From a virus (lineage: Duplodnaviria > Heunggongvirae > Uroviricota > Caudoviricetes), in the IMG/VR virus record IMGVR_UViG_3300033146_007472: 64,000 nucleotides of DNA; one strand, written 5' to 3'. The position numbers and the translations under genes are program-made. Below are positions 39,944-50,296 of the stretch, piece by piece (positions within the stretch are counted from its first letter, which is position 1; each line of letters opens with the position of its first letter). Below the pieces are notes generated by a model. The model saw only the letters and a list, made by a program, of their open reading frames with translations. It was not told the DNA's origin and searched no databases.

Positions 39944-40258
39944 TTAGAAGTTAATTATGCTACAATATATGAATGCACTAGCTACGATAGCCGTTCGAAG
40001 TAAAAAACTTCGTATATCTACTACCGAACGCTCGGCATATTTAGGTGTTATTTGTTTAGTGCGCAAGTCATTATTTAGAGTTTCACGGCTTGCGTAACCA
40101 GTGCCGTAATCAACTTCCGCATGTACTATAAACGGCGGAATTGTATATCTATGTATAATAACACCACTGTTATCAATTTTAACGTATAGATTAAAGCGTT
40201 TAGATGGTTCGCCATAACAAATACTTAATTTTAAAGTTTTAGTTTTCGGTATATACAT
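39944..40258 (-). CDS. hypothetical protein
   Basis: ORF track. Confidence 0.35.
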   Translation of the reverse strand: MYIPKTKTLKLSICYGEPSKRFNLYVKIDNSGVIIHRYTIPPFIVHAEVDYGTGYASRETLNNDLRTKQITPKYAERSVVDIRSFLLRTAIVASAFIYCSIINF

Positions 40259-40434
40259 AGGTTTAAGTGTCTCATAGGCAAAAAGTTATAAAAGAAGTCT
40301 AATTTGGTTAAAAGATAGGCAGAAGCTTATAGCCGGAAAGCGAGTAGCTTGAAATTGCTAGAGATGCCGTTCCGAGTACATTAACTTTTAAGTATCGCAT
40401 ATATAATCAAAAGCATAACACCTACGGAGCAAGT

Positions 40435-41109
40435 ATGAAAGATGGAAAATTTATAACTGTTGAAGGTATTGATGGTTCTGGAAAAACGTCACTAATTGAA
40501 GAACTTGCTGCTGAATTTCGGCAAGCTGGACGAGCAGTAACAACAACACGTGAGCCTGGAGGAACTGACTTAGCTTTAAGGATTCGGCAGTTAGTTTTGT
40601 GCCCTGGAGAAGAAAAGATTAACTCATTAACGGAACTATTTTTATTCTCCGCCGCACGTTCACAACATGTACAGAATCTAATTATACCGAAACTTAAGTC
40701 CGGAGAAGTTGTAATATGCGATCGATTTACAGACTCTACGCTTGCGTATCAAGGTTACGGGCGTGAGCTCCCTATGGAGGCATTGAAATATGCCAATCAA
40801 TTGTGTTGTACAGGCCTAAAAATCTGGAAAACTTTCCTATTGGATTTAGATCCGAGAATTGCTCTACAACGCACGGAAGAACGTTTTGCAGCTGAGAAGA
40901 ATCTTGTGCAAGAATCACGGTTCGAAGAAGAAAAGCTTAATTTTCATATTCGTGTTCGGAATGGCTTTTTAGCGCTCGCGGCATTAGACCCAGAACGGTT
41001 TCAAATACTCGATGCGTCAAAATCACAGTTACAAGTTGCAACCGAGAGTAAAAAAGTTTTAAGAAAAGCGCTCGAAGTCAGTCATTTAGATAAACTTTCG
41101 CGTAATTAA
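40435..41109 (+). CDS. tmk: thymidylate kinase
   Basis: P-loop EGIDGSGKTS; TREPGGT; DRFTDSTLAYQG motif. Confidence 0.85.
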   Translation: MKDGKFITVEGIDGSGKTSLIEELAAEFRQAGRAVTTTREPGGTDLALRIRQLVLCPGEEKINSLTELFLFSAARSQHVQNLIIPKLKSGEVVICDRFTDSTLAYQGYGRELPMEALKYANQLCCTGLKIWKTFLLDLDPRIALQRTEERFAAEKNLVQESRFEEEKLNFHIRVRNGFLALAALDPERFQILDASKSQLQVATESKKVLRKALEVSHLDKLSRN

Positions 41110-41157
41110 AGCATAGGACGATTCACAACTAAATAAAAAATCTTCCTCATCCCTCTT

Positions 41158-41192
41158 TGGTCCGGTGCTTCCACGCCGGACCAAATTTTTTT
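41158..41192 (+). terminator. rho-independent terminator after tmk
   Basis: TGGTCCGG-loop-CCGGACCA followed by AATTTTTTT. Confidence 0.6.
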
Positions 41193-41283
41193 AAAACGCG
41201 TTTAAAAAATCTCCAGACTTCTAAAGCCAATATATTATAATACTTTGCTTCTCAATGCTTTTTAAGCTTCCGGAGATATCAAA

Positions 41284-42327
41284 ATGAAAATTCCAGACGA
41301 GATACTTAGAATACTAAACGGACCTCCAACAAAATTCGACGAAACACAGACTAAGCAATTTTTGATTTTTCCGTTACTCCAAGCTCTCGGATATAATACT
41401 TATGATCGTGAAGAACTTTGGCCAGAATACAAATCTGGAACGAAAAAATTTGATATAGCATTACGCCATGATAAACAAGTACGTTGTGTTATCGAGGCTA
41501 AAAGACTCGGCACGAACCTATCAATGCATAAAAAACAACTTCTAGAGTACAGTTTTCAGAGCGGCGTGCCGATCGCAATACTGACAGATGGTAAGTTATG
41601 GTGGTTTTATCTTTCGACAGCTGAAACAGCTTGGGAAAATAGATTCGTAAAAGCAATTAATATAGCCAAACCGGCTCAAATTAATGACTTGTATTTGTTT
41701 TTAGAAAAAACAAGACTTTTTAATGGCAAAGCTTTAGCATCACTTCAAGACTCTAAATCATTTCGGAATGATTCTTCGAAGATTAAAGGCCGAATTCCGG
41801 AAATATTAGCAAATTTGCCGGAAACTTCGACTGCATTTCGTGAAGTTGCGAAATATATTTCAGGCGTAGAGAATGTAAATGTCAATAGCGTGAATCTTGA
41901 GTTACGTAATCATTTTTCAGCGTTAACTTCAGCGTCACGTGTAATTAGCGCACGTAAGCTTAATAAGCCAGTAACTGATTTACTCGCGCCGACAATTATA
42001 ACTCTTTACGGTCGTAAATTAACGATTCAAGAACGCTCATACACAAATATGGCGGTCGCAGTACTTGCCGCATTAAGTATCTATTGCGCTAGCGCCCTAC
42101 GGTATAATCGGGCAGTACGTGATATTTTGCAAAAATATTTTATTCAAGAAACTATGTCAGTCCAAAACTTAATTACGAAATATGACTTACAGAGCTTCAA
42201 AACCATAGCAGATCCGACAGCGAAGATTTATTTTACGCCGAAAGGCCGGTATCGCGAAGTAACAATTACTAATCTAATCAATGAGCTTCAGCGTCTTATG
42301 GTTAAGAAGTCAAAAAAATCACTTTAA
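41284..42327 (+). CDS. PD-(D/E)xK nuclease-like protein (HsdR-N / Mrr-like N-terminal core)
   Basis: FDIALRH..(11)..VIEAKRL matching D..ExK core; remainder unknown. Confidence 0.45.
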   Translation: MKIPDEILRILNGPPTKFDETQTKQFLIFPLLQALGYNTYDREELWPEYKSGTKKFDIALRHDKQVRCVIEAKRLGTNLSMHKKQLLEYSFQSGVPIAILTDGKLWWFYLSTAETAWENRFVKAINIAKPAQINDLYLFLEKTRLFNGKALASLQDSKSFRNDSSKIKGRIPEILANLPETSTAFREVAKYISGVENVNVNSVNLELRNHFSALTSASRVISARKLNKPVTDLLAPTIITLYGRKLTIQERSYTNMAVAVLAALSIYCASALRYNRAVRDILQKYFIQETMSVQNLITKYDLQSFKTIADPTAKIYFTPKGRYREVTITNLINELQRLMVKKSKKSL

Positions 42328-42350
42328 CCTTTACAGAAAGCTTTTAAAAC

Positions 42351-42617
42351 ATGATGAAATTTACCGCTCTTGTCGAACATAAATTAAGTATTGCTTTACC
42401 AATTTTGTCACAAGGCACAGCTACTCAAGTTGCGCAGTTATTCAAACGCAAAATTTTAGAACCGGCAGATTTCGTTTATTTCGAGCCGGAAGCATTACGT
42501 AGCTTTGCAGCACTTCTAAAGTCTAGAGCCGCTGAAAATCCATCACATATGATTTCAGAAGCATTTTTCAGGACAATTCGGACGAATTTTCAATTAGGTT
42601 TGAATCTAGGGTATTGA
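42351..42617 (+). CDS. hypothetical protein
   Basis: ORF track. Confidence 0.35.
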   Translation: MMKFTALVEHKLSIALPILSQGTATQVAQLFKRKILEPADFVYFEPEALRSFAALLKSRAAENPSHMISEAFFRTIRTNFQLGLNLGY

Positions 42618-42644
42618 TCCTAGTGTCAATTACTACCTAAGCAA

Positions 42645-42685
42645 AAAAGAGCCTCTAGAAATTAATCTAGAGGCTCTTTAAAGTT
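42645..42685. terminator. bidirectional terminator hairpin
   Basis: AAGAGCCTCTAGA-AATTAAT-CTAGAGGCTCTT then TTAAAGTTT. Confidence 0.55.
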
Positions 42686-42707
42686 TGAAGGTTTAAAGAT
42701 TCAGCGC

Positions 42708-43052
42708 TTAGCTGCCGAAGACCGTCATTTGAGCGCGGTTGCTATCTTCAGGTTGGTCATCTTGACCATCGCGCATGACTGCGGTATAAAAGACTCCGTC
42801 ATTCATTTTGATAGTAAGTTTCTGACGATCGTTTTTAGTCAGACCTTTCCAAGCGGCTCCAACGAGATCGGAAGTTCCGTCGGCATTAAATTTGATGATA
42901 TTGTAGTCTGGGCTTTTGTCGGTTTTCTTTTCCGTCGGCGTGAAACCTTGAAAATGTTTGTCGCCAATTTGAATTGACAAGAAAGTTTTGTCATTTTTGT
43001 CAGATTTGATCCAGATTGCGCCGATTTCGTTTGTTTGAGTTTGATCTGCCAT
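42708..43052 (-). CDS. DUF736-family protein (plasmid/ICE-associated)
   Basis: IGAIWIKSDKNDKTFLSIQI...TDKSPDYNI...GAAW pattern typical of DUF736. Confidence 0.55.
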   Translation of the reverse strand: MADQTQTNEIGAIWIKSDKNDKTFLSIQIGDKHFQGFTPTEKKTDKSPDYNIIKFNADGTSDLVGAAWKGLTKNDRQKLTIKMNDGVFYTAVMRDGQDDQPEDSNRAQMTVFGS

Positions 43053-43114
43053 AGTAATAAGCTCCTAATGCTGGCGTTAATTTTCGCAGCTAATGTGCTG
43101 CATGTTTGATACGT

Positions 43115-43132
43115 GATATGAAGAAGCCGAAT
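43115..43132 (-). promoter_or_regulatory. degenerate copy of conserved upstream motif (GATATGAAGAAGCCGAAT)
   Basis: 63-80 nt upstream of ATG 43052. Confidence 0.35.
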
Positions 43133-43846
43133 AATTATTTGTCTGTGATAGGTTGAGTCACTGAGTAACCAATAATTGTGGAATGCTTAAACATAACCGA
43201 CACAAACAAGCAGTACATTAATTGTGAAAAAAGCCGGTAATTTTGAAGCCTTACAAATGGATGAAGAAAAAGATATAAACGAAGTCGGCTAGATCGGAAA
43301 CAATTGAACGAAGATGATAAGCTGAGTTGAGAGATTTGAAGAGCACTTAATATGTCCACGGGTCAGCAGTCTAAAAAGACTCCTACAGAAGTCGACTAGT
43401 TTAGCAGTAAAGGTTTGGCGACTTGGAATACCGAGCAGAGTTTGAAGGCTTCTGGAAACGGTTAACGAAAAACGCACGATACTTACAAGCTAAATGAGTG
43501 TCGGAGTAAAAAAGACGCTAGGCTTGTAGGTGGGTATATGAAAACTTGAGTTAGCTAAAGCTTCTCAGAGACTATCTTCTGCAAGTTCTGAAACTCTAAA
43601 GCTTAACTTAAAGAGCGAGATTTAATGACTAGAAGCGCTTTGAAGGCTTAGGTGTACCTCGTGTCTGACGCGGTTTTTGAGTTTTCGGTTGCGAATGATG
43701 AGTCATTTCAACATAACCAGAGTGTTGTGTAGTTTCGGTGTAATAAAGCGAATTTCCGGCTGAATGTTTTGAATGCTTTGAATGCTGTGTGTCTTTAGCA
43801 TTTGTCATGCGTTAGTCTCCTTAAAGCTACAAAATAGCAAGTTAGT

Positions 43847-44326
43847 CTATTCTAGATATCGAAAGTAGTACTGAAAGAAATCAGTCGACGAAAGTGCTCC
43901 AGATTGAATAGCCGGCAGCGTTTTATGCAATAGCTGAAGCGAAAGCATAGTGGTATCTGTAGTACGCAGAAAACGCTGAATAGTCGAAAGATGCTGCAGT
44001 AGTGTCGGAAAAGCAGATTCTGGAATTTCAATGACTTGTAATGAAACTACAGACGTCTTCGTGTATTGTGTTGAAGTTGCTAAAACATCGACCGCTGAGA
44101 GTTCGTGTAGCTTTAAAATTGAGACTAATACTGTCTTCAAGAAATCGCTATTTAAACTTTCAATTTCTTTTATCGGAAGAGCAGCTTCAGCGGTCTGAAG
44201 TTTAAGACGAAGTTCTTCCGTTGAATAGGAGAAGAGTTCGCCGAACTCCGTAGACATTCCGGAAATAGCTTCAATATTTCCAGAGATAGAAGATGAAATC
44301 TCAGTTAGCATGATTTTAGTAGTCAT
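43847..44326 (-). CDS. hypothetical protein
   Basis: ORF track. Confidence 0.4.
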   Translation of the reverse strand: MTTKIMLTEISSSISGNIEAISGMSTEFGELFSYSTEELRLKLQTAEAALPIKEIESLNSDFLKTVLVSILKLHELSAVDVLATSTQYTKTSVVSLQVIEIPESAFPTLLQHLSTIQRFLRTTDTTMLSLQLLHKTLPAIQSGALSSTDFFQYYFRYLE

Positions 44327-44727
44327 TTAGAAAAGATCCAACTTTTGTTGTCGTGATTTAAGAGGTAGCTAGAACTTAAGAAGTCAGCGGACAAGCTCGG
44401 CTAGGCGTTTCTTTTAGCGCATAAGAACTTATGCCGGACCGATAGAAATTACAAGGCACTAGAATTTCAGTGCTCGTATATAGTCTAATTAGCCGGCGCC
44501 TCCCAGATATTAGATACTCGTGGCATTAATTTTTTTATATAGGCAAAAGAATAGCTAAAGTATAGTCGGCTAATTTTAGTATTATTTAAAGCCTTCAATA
44601 ATCTTGTCACTTTTGCGTAGAGCTCTGAATATATTGGAAGGCTATCGTGTAAAGTATACAATATAATCATTTATATAATTATTGATCCGAAAATATTTTT
44701 CGACTTGTTATTCGAAAGGGAAATTTT

Positions 44728-45078
44728 ATGTTTGAGGCTGCAGATATTTCAAAGACTATACTCGCCAACGTGGTTGATATTTTTGCAATACAGAATAACG
44801 CGAGAGACGAAACAACGCTAATACTTCTTCATGCTTCTGGACCGATTACGTTAAAGTATGCCGCGACGAATGAGCGTGATGCGGATCGCGCGCGATTGAT
44901 ACGTTTTCAAAAAGTTACCGGGTATTTGTTGAATATCAATGCAACTCTATTTCAGATCTCGGAATTAATTAGCTGCGAAGAAGTTGTGGATAGCGTTCTG
45001 CTCGGTTTCGTTGGCTCAGTAAAAGAAGCTTTCGAATTAAAAGCTGCAAACAGCGACGAAGCTTCTGGAATTCTATAA
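44728..45078 (+). CDS. hypothetical protein
   Basis: ORF track. Confidence 0.4.
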   Translation: MFEAADISKTILANVVDIFAIQNNARDETTLILLHASGPITLKYAATNERDADRARLIRFQKVTGYLLNINATLFQISELISCEEVVDSVLLGFVGSVKEAFELKAANSDEASGIL

Positions 45079-45160
45079 GAAATCTCTTCAGCCTAGTTTA
45101 AGTTACAAAGACTAAATGTAGCATCAGCCGCGTAATCGAGGCTATATTTAGTCTTACTTA

Positions 45161-46285
45161 TTGGAATATACTAGCCTTATGAAGAGTCTGCCTAAAATTA
45201 AGCTTCCGAAGAGTATTCAGCAATGTTTAGTGGCAATTAAGCACGACAATGTAGCGGAACTTCAGAAGATCTTGCCAGCGAAGCCGAATTTTTATGATTT
45301 AGCGACATATTCTCGTGCTGAGCCGAAGACGTTGACAAAATTTGCGGCAAAACTTAACGCGATAAGCTGTCTACGCTTTCTCGCTGAAATTCCACAAGAC
45401 TTAAATGATAATAACTACATCTTACGAAAATGTCTTAAAAATAAAGATTTCGAGAGTCTTGCGATATTTGCGTCCGCCGACAAATTACGTTTCATAGAAC
45501 GACAAACTCTAAGCACGCAATTTATAAACCCGCCGTCAACCACTTTCATAGCGCTTAAAAAAGAATACGATCAAGCTCCAGATCCGAGATTGCTCCATAT
45601 ATGTATGGAACTTTTTGACGCTGAAGTTAGATATGCTACACATACACTGAGCCGTGATGATGCAAAATTAACTTTAGCATTAATCACGATGTGCGAAATT
45701 GTCCCGGATTCTAGTAAAGAAGCTTGTAGGTTTCGCGAACATGTTGAAGAAAGCATTAAGCGCGGTCTTACAACTCGCAAAAGAAATTCGCTTCTTAGAT
45801 CAAGAATGCGTAATTTAGGAGCTGATGTACTTGCCTTTGCCACCTTAGTGTACCCGACATTCACACAAGCCGAAGTGCAGTCAAAGTTATCTGAAATTAG
45901 TGCCAATATTATTCAGAATGCGAAGCATACTAATCTAGACCGTATATCAGCTCAGACACGTCAGCAGCTTGAGCAAAGTATTACGGCATTATCAACAAAG
46001 CATCTTGTAGCGTTAGCAAAGAAATTTCAAACTTCACTACAGCTAAAGCACCAGTCAGCCGTAACGCCGTTTTCACGTTGGCAACTCCAAGAAATCATAG
46101 TCGCATTAGTTAATGATGTGACTCTTGAAGAATGTCAGACATTAGAGCGATTTCTAGAACTGTATAAAGAGCCGGAGATTTTCGATGCGTTGGCTAAAGG
46201 CTTTATTTCAGTTAGTGATGCATTACAAACCGTCTCGCAAGGCGGGTTATTACATCCGCGGAGCCAGAGATCTACGTTAGTCTAA
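45161..46285 (+). CDS. hypothetical helical protein (374 aa)
   Basis: ORF track. Confidence 0.5.
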   Translation: MEYTSLMKSLPKIKLPKSIQQCLVAIKHDNVAELQKILPAKPNFYDLATYSRAEPKTLTKFAAKLNAISCLRFLAEIPQDLNDNNYILRKCLKNKDFESLAIFASADKLRFIERQTLSTQFINPPSTTFIALKKEYDQAPDPRLLHICMELFDAEVRYATHTLSRDDAKLTLALITMCEIVPDSSKEACRFREHVEESIKRGLTTRKRNSLLRSRMRNLGADVLAFATLVYPTFTQAEVQSKLSEISANIIQNAKHTNLDRISAQTRQQLEQSITALSTKHLVALAKKFQTSLQLKHQSAVTPFSRWQLQEIIVALVNDVTLEECQTLERFLELYKEPEIFDALAKGFISVSDALQTVSQGGLLHPRSQRSTLV

Positions 46286-46393
46286 GAATACCTTAAAAAT
46301 GTTAAAACTTTTGCGTAGCAGATGTATAAGTCATGATACTGAACGACAAACTTGGCATAATCTCTTATTACAAAGCTCTTAGAAAGGTACCAA

Positions 46394-47440
46394 ATGAAAA
46401 CTGCAAAACAATCCGCCGAAGCTACAAAAACTAATATACAATTAACTGAGAAACAAAAAGCCATCGAAGCCGCGATCCTCCGGATTCAAAAAGAGCACGG
46501 TGAAGGTAGCATAATGCGCTTAGGTGATGGCGCAGTCATCCCGGAAGTTGAAGTTATTTCGACCGGAAGTTTGAAATTGAATCGTGCACTCGGTGTTAAC
46601 GGACTAGCCAAAGGCCGTGTTGTTGAAATCTACGGACCGGAATCAAGTGGCAAAACTACGCTTACATTGCATGTAATCGCCGAGGCACAGAAAAACGGTG
46701 GAACAGCCGCATTTATTGACGCGGAACATGCTCTCGATTTAACGTATGCAAAAAAACTCGGCGTTAAAGATCAAGAACTCTTAGTTAGTCAACCGGATAC
46801 TGGCGAACAAGCTCTTGAAATTACAGAGGCTCTAGTGCGTAGCCAAGCCGTAGATGTAATTGTTATTGACTCAGTAGCTGCGCTAACTCCACGAGCCGAA
46901 ATTGATGGCGAAATGGGTGATTCGCATATGGGACTGCAAGCACGCTTAATGTCTCAAGCGTTACGTAAGTTAACTGGACCAATTAGCCGGTCTGGTTGTT
47001 GTGTTATTTTTATTAATCAAACTAGATCAAAAATTGGCGTTATATATGGTTCGCCAGAAACAACGACCGGCGGTAATGCATTGAAATTTTACGCCTCAGT
47101 GCGTATAGATATTCGTCGTATTGCAAGCATCAAATCCGGCGCAGATGTAATCGGTAACCGAACAAGGATCCGTGTGCTTAAAAATAAATTAGCACCGCCA
47201 TTTCAAGAAGCCGAAGTAGATATTATCTACGGCGAAGGAATTTCGAAAGCAGCAGAAGTAATTGAGCTCGGTGTTGAACTTGAGCTTATTGAGAAGAGCG
47301 GAGCATGGTTTACATATAGCGGCGAACGCTTTCAAGGAAAAGATAATTTCCGGAGTATCGTAAATTCACGGCCAGAGTTGTTGGAAGAGCTTCAGACGAA
47401 AATTGATGAAAAACTGAAAGCTGGAAAGCTTAAGGAATAA
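46394..47440 (+). CDS. recA: recombinase RecA (bacterial type)
   Basis: [25 protein letters not shown]; Walker [11 protein letters not shown]; FIDAEHALD; L2 loop region; full length 348 aa. Confidence 0.95.
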   Translation: MKTAKQSAEATKTNIQLTEKQKAIEAAILRIQKEHGEGSIMRLGDGAVIPEVEVISTGSLKLNRALGVNGLAKGRVVEIYGPESSGKTTLTLHVIAEAQKNGGTAAFIDAEHALDLTYAKKLGVKDQELLVSQPDTGEQALEITEALVRSQAVDVIVIDSVAALTPRAEIDGEMGDSHMGLQARLMSQALRKLTGPISRSGCCVIFINQTRSKIGVIYGSPETTTGGNALKFYASVRIDIRRIASIKSGADVIGNRTRIRVLKNKLAPPFQEAEVDIIYGEGISKAAEVIELGVELELIEKSGAWFTYSGERFQGKDNFRSIVNSRPELLEELQTKIDEKLKAGKLKE

Positions 47441-47468
47441 AGTTTTTTAATATATTAAGCCGGTAATT

Positions 47469-47503
47469 CGGGTTCTGAATTCAGCGCTGAGCTCAGAACC
47501 CGA
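47469..47503. terminator. hairpin between convergent recA and 47513 gene
   Basis: GGGTTCTGA-loop-TCAGAACCC; no clear U-tract. Confidence 0.4.
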
Positions 47504-47512
47504 GGTGGCAGG

Positions 47513-47860
47513 TTACATCATTTGCAATTGCTGTTCTTCTTGAAGCATTTTTCGAGCTTCTGCAGCAACTTCACTAGTTTCTGCAAGACGTGCTAAGAAT
47601 GCATTAGCACGCGTATATGCCGTAGTAGAAAAATCTGAAGACGTTGATGCGCCAAGAAGCGTTGTTGTTAAAGACTGAAAAAGTTTAGACTCACTTGGAC
47701 GTAACGCCTTAGTTCGCACAAGTTTTCCGCGTAAAACGCGACGTAATTCAATTTTATCTGCGAAGCTAAGTGATTGAAGCACGAGCTTAGCCGGCTTCTC
47801 GTTACATTGTTTTAGCACATGGTCTAAAAGTTGATTAGCTATAGTTTCATGCATGACCAT
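47513..47860 (-). CDS. hypothetical protein
   Basis: ORF track. Confidence 0.4.
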   Translation of the reverse strand: MVMHETIANQLLDHVLKQCNEKPAKLVLQSLSFADKIELRRVLRGKLVRTKALRPSESKLFQSLTTTLLGASTSSDFSTTAYTRANAFLARLAETSEVAAEARKMLQEEQQLQMM

Positions 47861-47961
47861 CTCCGAAATTAATGCATAAAGAATGCTGAAGTTACTAAAA
47901 CTACCTTATTAACATCCGTGTCTATAGTATATCATATACTCAACATTGAAATAGAGATCTT

Positions 47962-48774
47962 ATGCAAGTCGATGAAGCACCCGATTTTCCAACTTTAGCG
48001 CTTGAAGAATTTCAAGCTCACGGCTATGAGGCTCGGCTCAATATACATCGGACCCATGTGCAGTTAAAGTATTGTCCATTCTGTGGCAATGAAAGATGGA
48101 ATCTTGATATTGAGTTGTCGTCTTTATTCGTCTATAGTTGTTGGGCTTGTAATACCTCTGGACTTTCGGCCGTTTTTTTACAGAAGCTAAAGTTTCGACT
48201 TCGTGTTCCTCTCCCGTCTGGCGAGAAGCTAATACGCCCGACTCGAGCTACCAATATCTATTTCAACTATCCATTTTTCCCAAGAGCTGAGTCACCAGTA
48301 CCGTTACATTCTACACGCGATATTAAAGTTATTTCGCCTAAAAAACCAGTATACTACGGCGGACAAAAAATCCGGAATGGTATAATGATGCTTGGGCATC
48401 TCGGTCGCGGCGTATTAATTGCCGATTCAGATACTAAACAAGTTCGAAAAACTGGCGCGGATATCTTCTTATTTTCCGATCAATCTAAATATGGATCTGT
48501 CGCAGTCGTAGAAAGTTTTTTTGACATCTATCCATTTTTTGAACATATACCGGTACTCGTTCTCGGCGGAACTAGTTTGCCAAAAACAATATATGATGAA
48601 CTCGCGCGGATAATGCAACCTGAGCAACTATTGCTGGCTTTAGACAAAGATGCCGAAAAACCAGCAAAATATCAATTCCAGCGGATCTTTATAACAACTA
48701 CGACCTTATTGCTAAAGCCGGAAAAGCATTCACCAGCTGAGAGTAAATACTTATACCTTCATTCAACAACATAA
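47962..48774 (+). CDS. stand-alone DNA primase-like protein (Zn ribbon + TOPRIM)
   Basis: CPFCGNE..(15)..CWACNTSG zinc ribbon; TOPRIM-like VAVVESFFD and LALDKDAEKPA (DxD). Confidence 0.5.
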   Translation: MQVDEAPDFPTLALEEFQAHGYEARLNIHRTHVQLKYCPFCGNERWNLDIELSSLFVYSCWACNTSGLSAVFLQKLKFRLRVPLPSGEKLIRPTRATNIYFNYPFFPRAESPVPLHSTRDIKVISPKKPVYYGGQKIRNGIMMLGHLGRGVLIADSDTKQVRKTGADIFLFSDQSKYGSVAVVESFFDIYPFFEHIPVLVLGGTSLPKTIYDELARIMQPEQLLLALDKDAEKPAKYQFQRIFITTTTLLLKPEKHSPAESKYLYLHSTT

Positions 48775-48877
48775 AAAAGTCTCTTCAGCGTCTTTGACTA
48801 TAAAAGATTAACTAGTTTGCTCTAGCGTGATCAAGTTGCTCTTGGCTAATATTCTTAAAACTCTTCTTCTAAGGAGG

Positions 48878-49195
48878 ATGGCTAGTATGCCTCACTACAT
48901 GAAATTATTGCTCAGCTTAGTGTTTCTCGGGTTAGTTGGACCACTCTCAATTAGCTTCGCTGAAAAAGCCGTAAATGCTTCAGAATTCTCATCACCGACA
49001 TACGAGGTACCGCATCGTGTTCCACGTGGTTTTGATACTTCGGCAGCTGAAGCCGATATGGCGGCACGACATCTAAAAGCTGCTAAAGCTACAACGCGAA
49101 AAATGTCAGCTTCTGAAATTAATACTGAATTGCTTGTTGAAGACTTAGATGTTATGATTTCGGAAGTTTCAAAATATTCAGATCCCGGCAAATAA
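48878..49195 (+). CDS. small secreted/membrane protein
   Basis: start set at ATG 48878 after AAGGAGG; signal peptide LLLSLVFLGLVGPLSISFA. Confidence 0.35.
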   Translation: MASMPHYMKLLLSLVFLGLVGPLSISFAEKAVNASEFSSPTYEVPHRVPRGFDTSAAEADMAARHLKAAKATTRKMSASEINTELLVEDLDVMISEVSKYSDPGK

Positions 49196-49224
49196 GCTTT
49201 TTAAATTACGTAGGAGATTGTTTT

Positions 49225-50274
49225 ATGATAACGAGAATTCTAGCCATACTTCTGATATCAGTGATGGTTATGTCAGCTTCGGTTTCTTTCGCTGGTCGAT
49301 ATTCAGTTACGGAAGAAACTTCAGCACAGAATGCCGAGTTTTCAGTGAATGTAAGTGGATTACCGGTCGCAGCACTTGTTAAGTTGCTCGGGCAGCATGC
49401 CGGCGAAAATGTTGCTGTAGATACCGATTTTTGGGTGGATGGAAAACTAAACTCGCCGAGAGTTTCATTCACATATACTGGCTCGAGTATTGAAGCAGCT
49501 TTAACGTTACTCTGCGAAGCTAATAACATACACTGGAAGAAGTTAACTTCCGGATATGTAGTTTCTAAGTTTCGCACAAGTATTATAGCTGTTAGCCAAG
49601 CGCATTACGTAAGCTTTTCAGCAACGGAAGAATCAAGTAAACATAGTATCACCGGCGGCGGAGATTTCAGGTATCTAAAGTATGTTGCAACACAAGCACG
49701 TAAGTTTTTGTCAAAAACTGGTACTCTAGCAGTTAGTCCGTCCGGTTTAATTACCGTTCGTGATCGCCCGGCTAATGTATGCGACATTGAAAACTTTATC
49801 CGCGCAGAAGAATCTCGACATGGTCAAGTTACTATTTATTCAAAATTAGTGCGCCAAGCTAAAGTTGAGAATGGAACCGTGCCGAAAACTGAAGTCTTAC
49901 ATGAATGGTCAAGTTCAAGTGTAATTGGGTCAGTAATGCCATTCACGAAAAATAGCACAGCGACAGAAACAGCTTCCAAGTTTAAGATGTTTGTGACACC
50001 ATTGCGTGTTGAAGATTCCGGCACACAGATTGCCGTGTATGTATCTCATGCCGCAGATGCGCGTGTATCGTTTAATACAACTCTGTTAATCCCGAAAGAT
50101 GGTACGGCTATTCTGGCTGGACTAGATATTGACGATACCTATGAATACTTTGTAATTTTAGGAACGTCAGAAAAAGCATTTTCAGTTACGAATAGCGCGG
50201 TTAATACACGCTGCGCTGGAAAAGAGTCAGCATGTTATACAATACGCTATACAGATCCGACAAATGTTTTTTAA
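49225..50274 (+). CDS. secreted protein with secretin-N/STN-like domain
   Basis: signal peptide; NVSGLPVAALVKLLGQHAGENVAVD..KLNSPRVSF..SSIEAALTLLCEAN resembles STN/N0 domain. Confidence 0.45.
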   Translation: MITRILAILLISVMVMSASVSFAGRYSVTEETSAQNAEFSVNVSGLPVAALVKLLGQHAGENVAVDTDFWVDGKLNSPRVSFTYTGSSIEAALTLLCEANNIHWKKLTSGYVVSKFRTSIIAVSQAHYVSFSATEESSKHSITGGGDFRYLKYVATQARKFLSKTGTLAVSPSGLITVRDRPANVCDIENFIRAEESRHGQVTIYSKLVRQAKVENGTVPKTEVLHEWSSSSVIGSVMPFTKNSTATETASKFKMFVTPLRVEDSGTQIAVYVSHAADARVSFNTTLLIPKDGTAILAGLDIDDTYEYFVILGTSEKAFSVTNSAVNTRCAGKESACYTIRYTDPTNVF

Positions 50275-50296
50275 ATTAAATTAAAGGACCGAAGCT

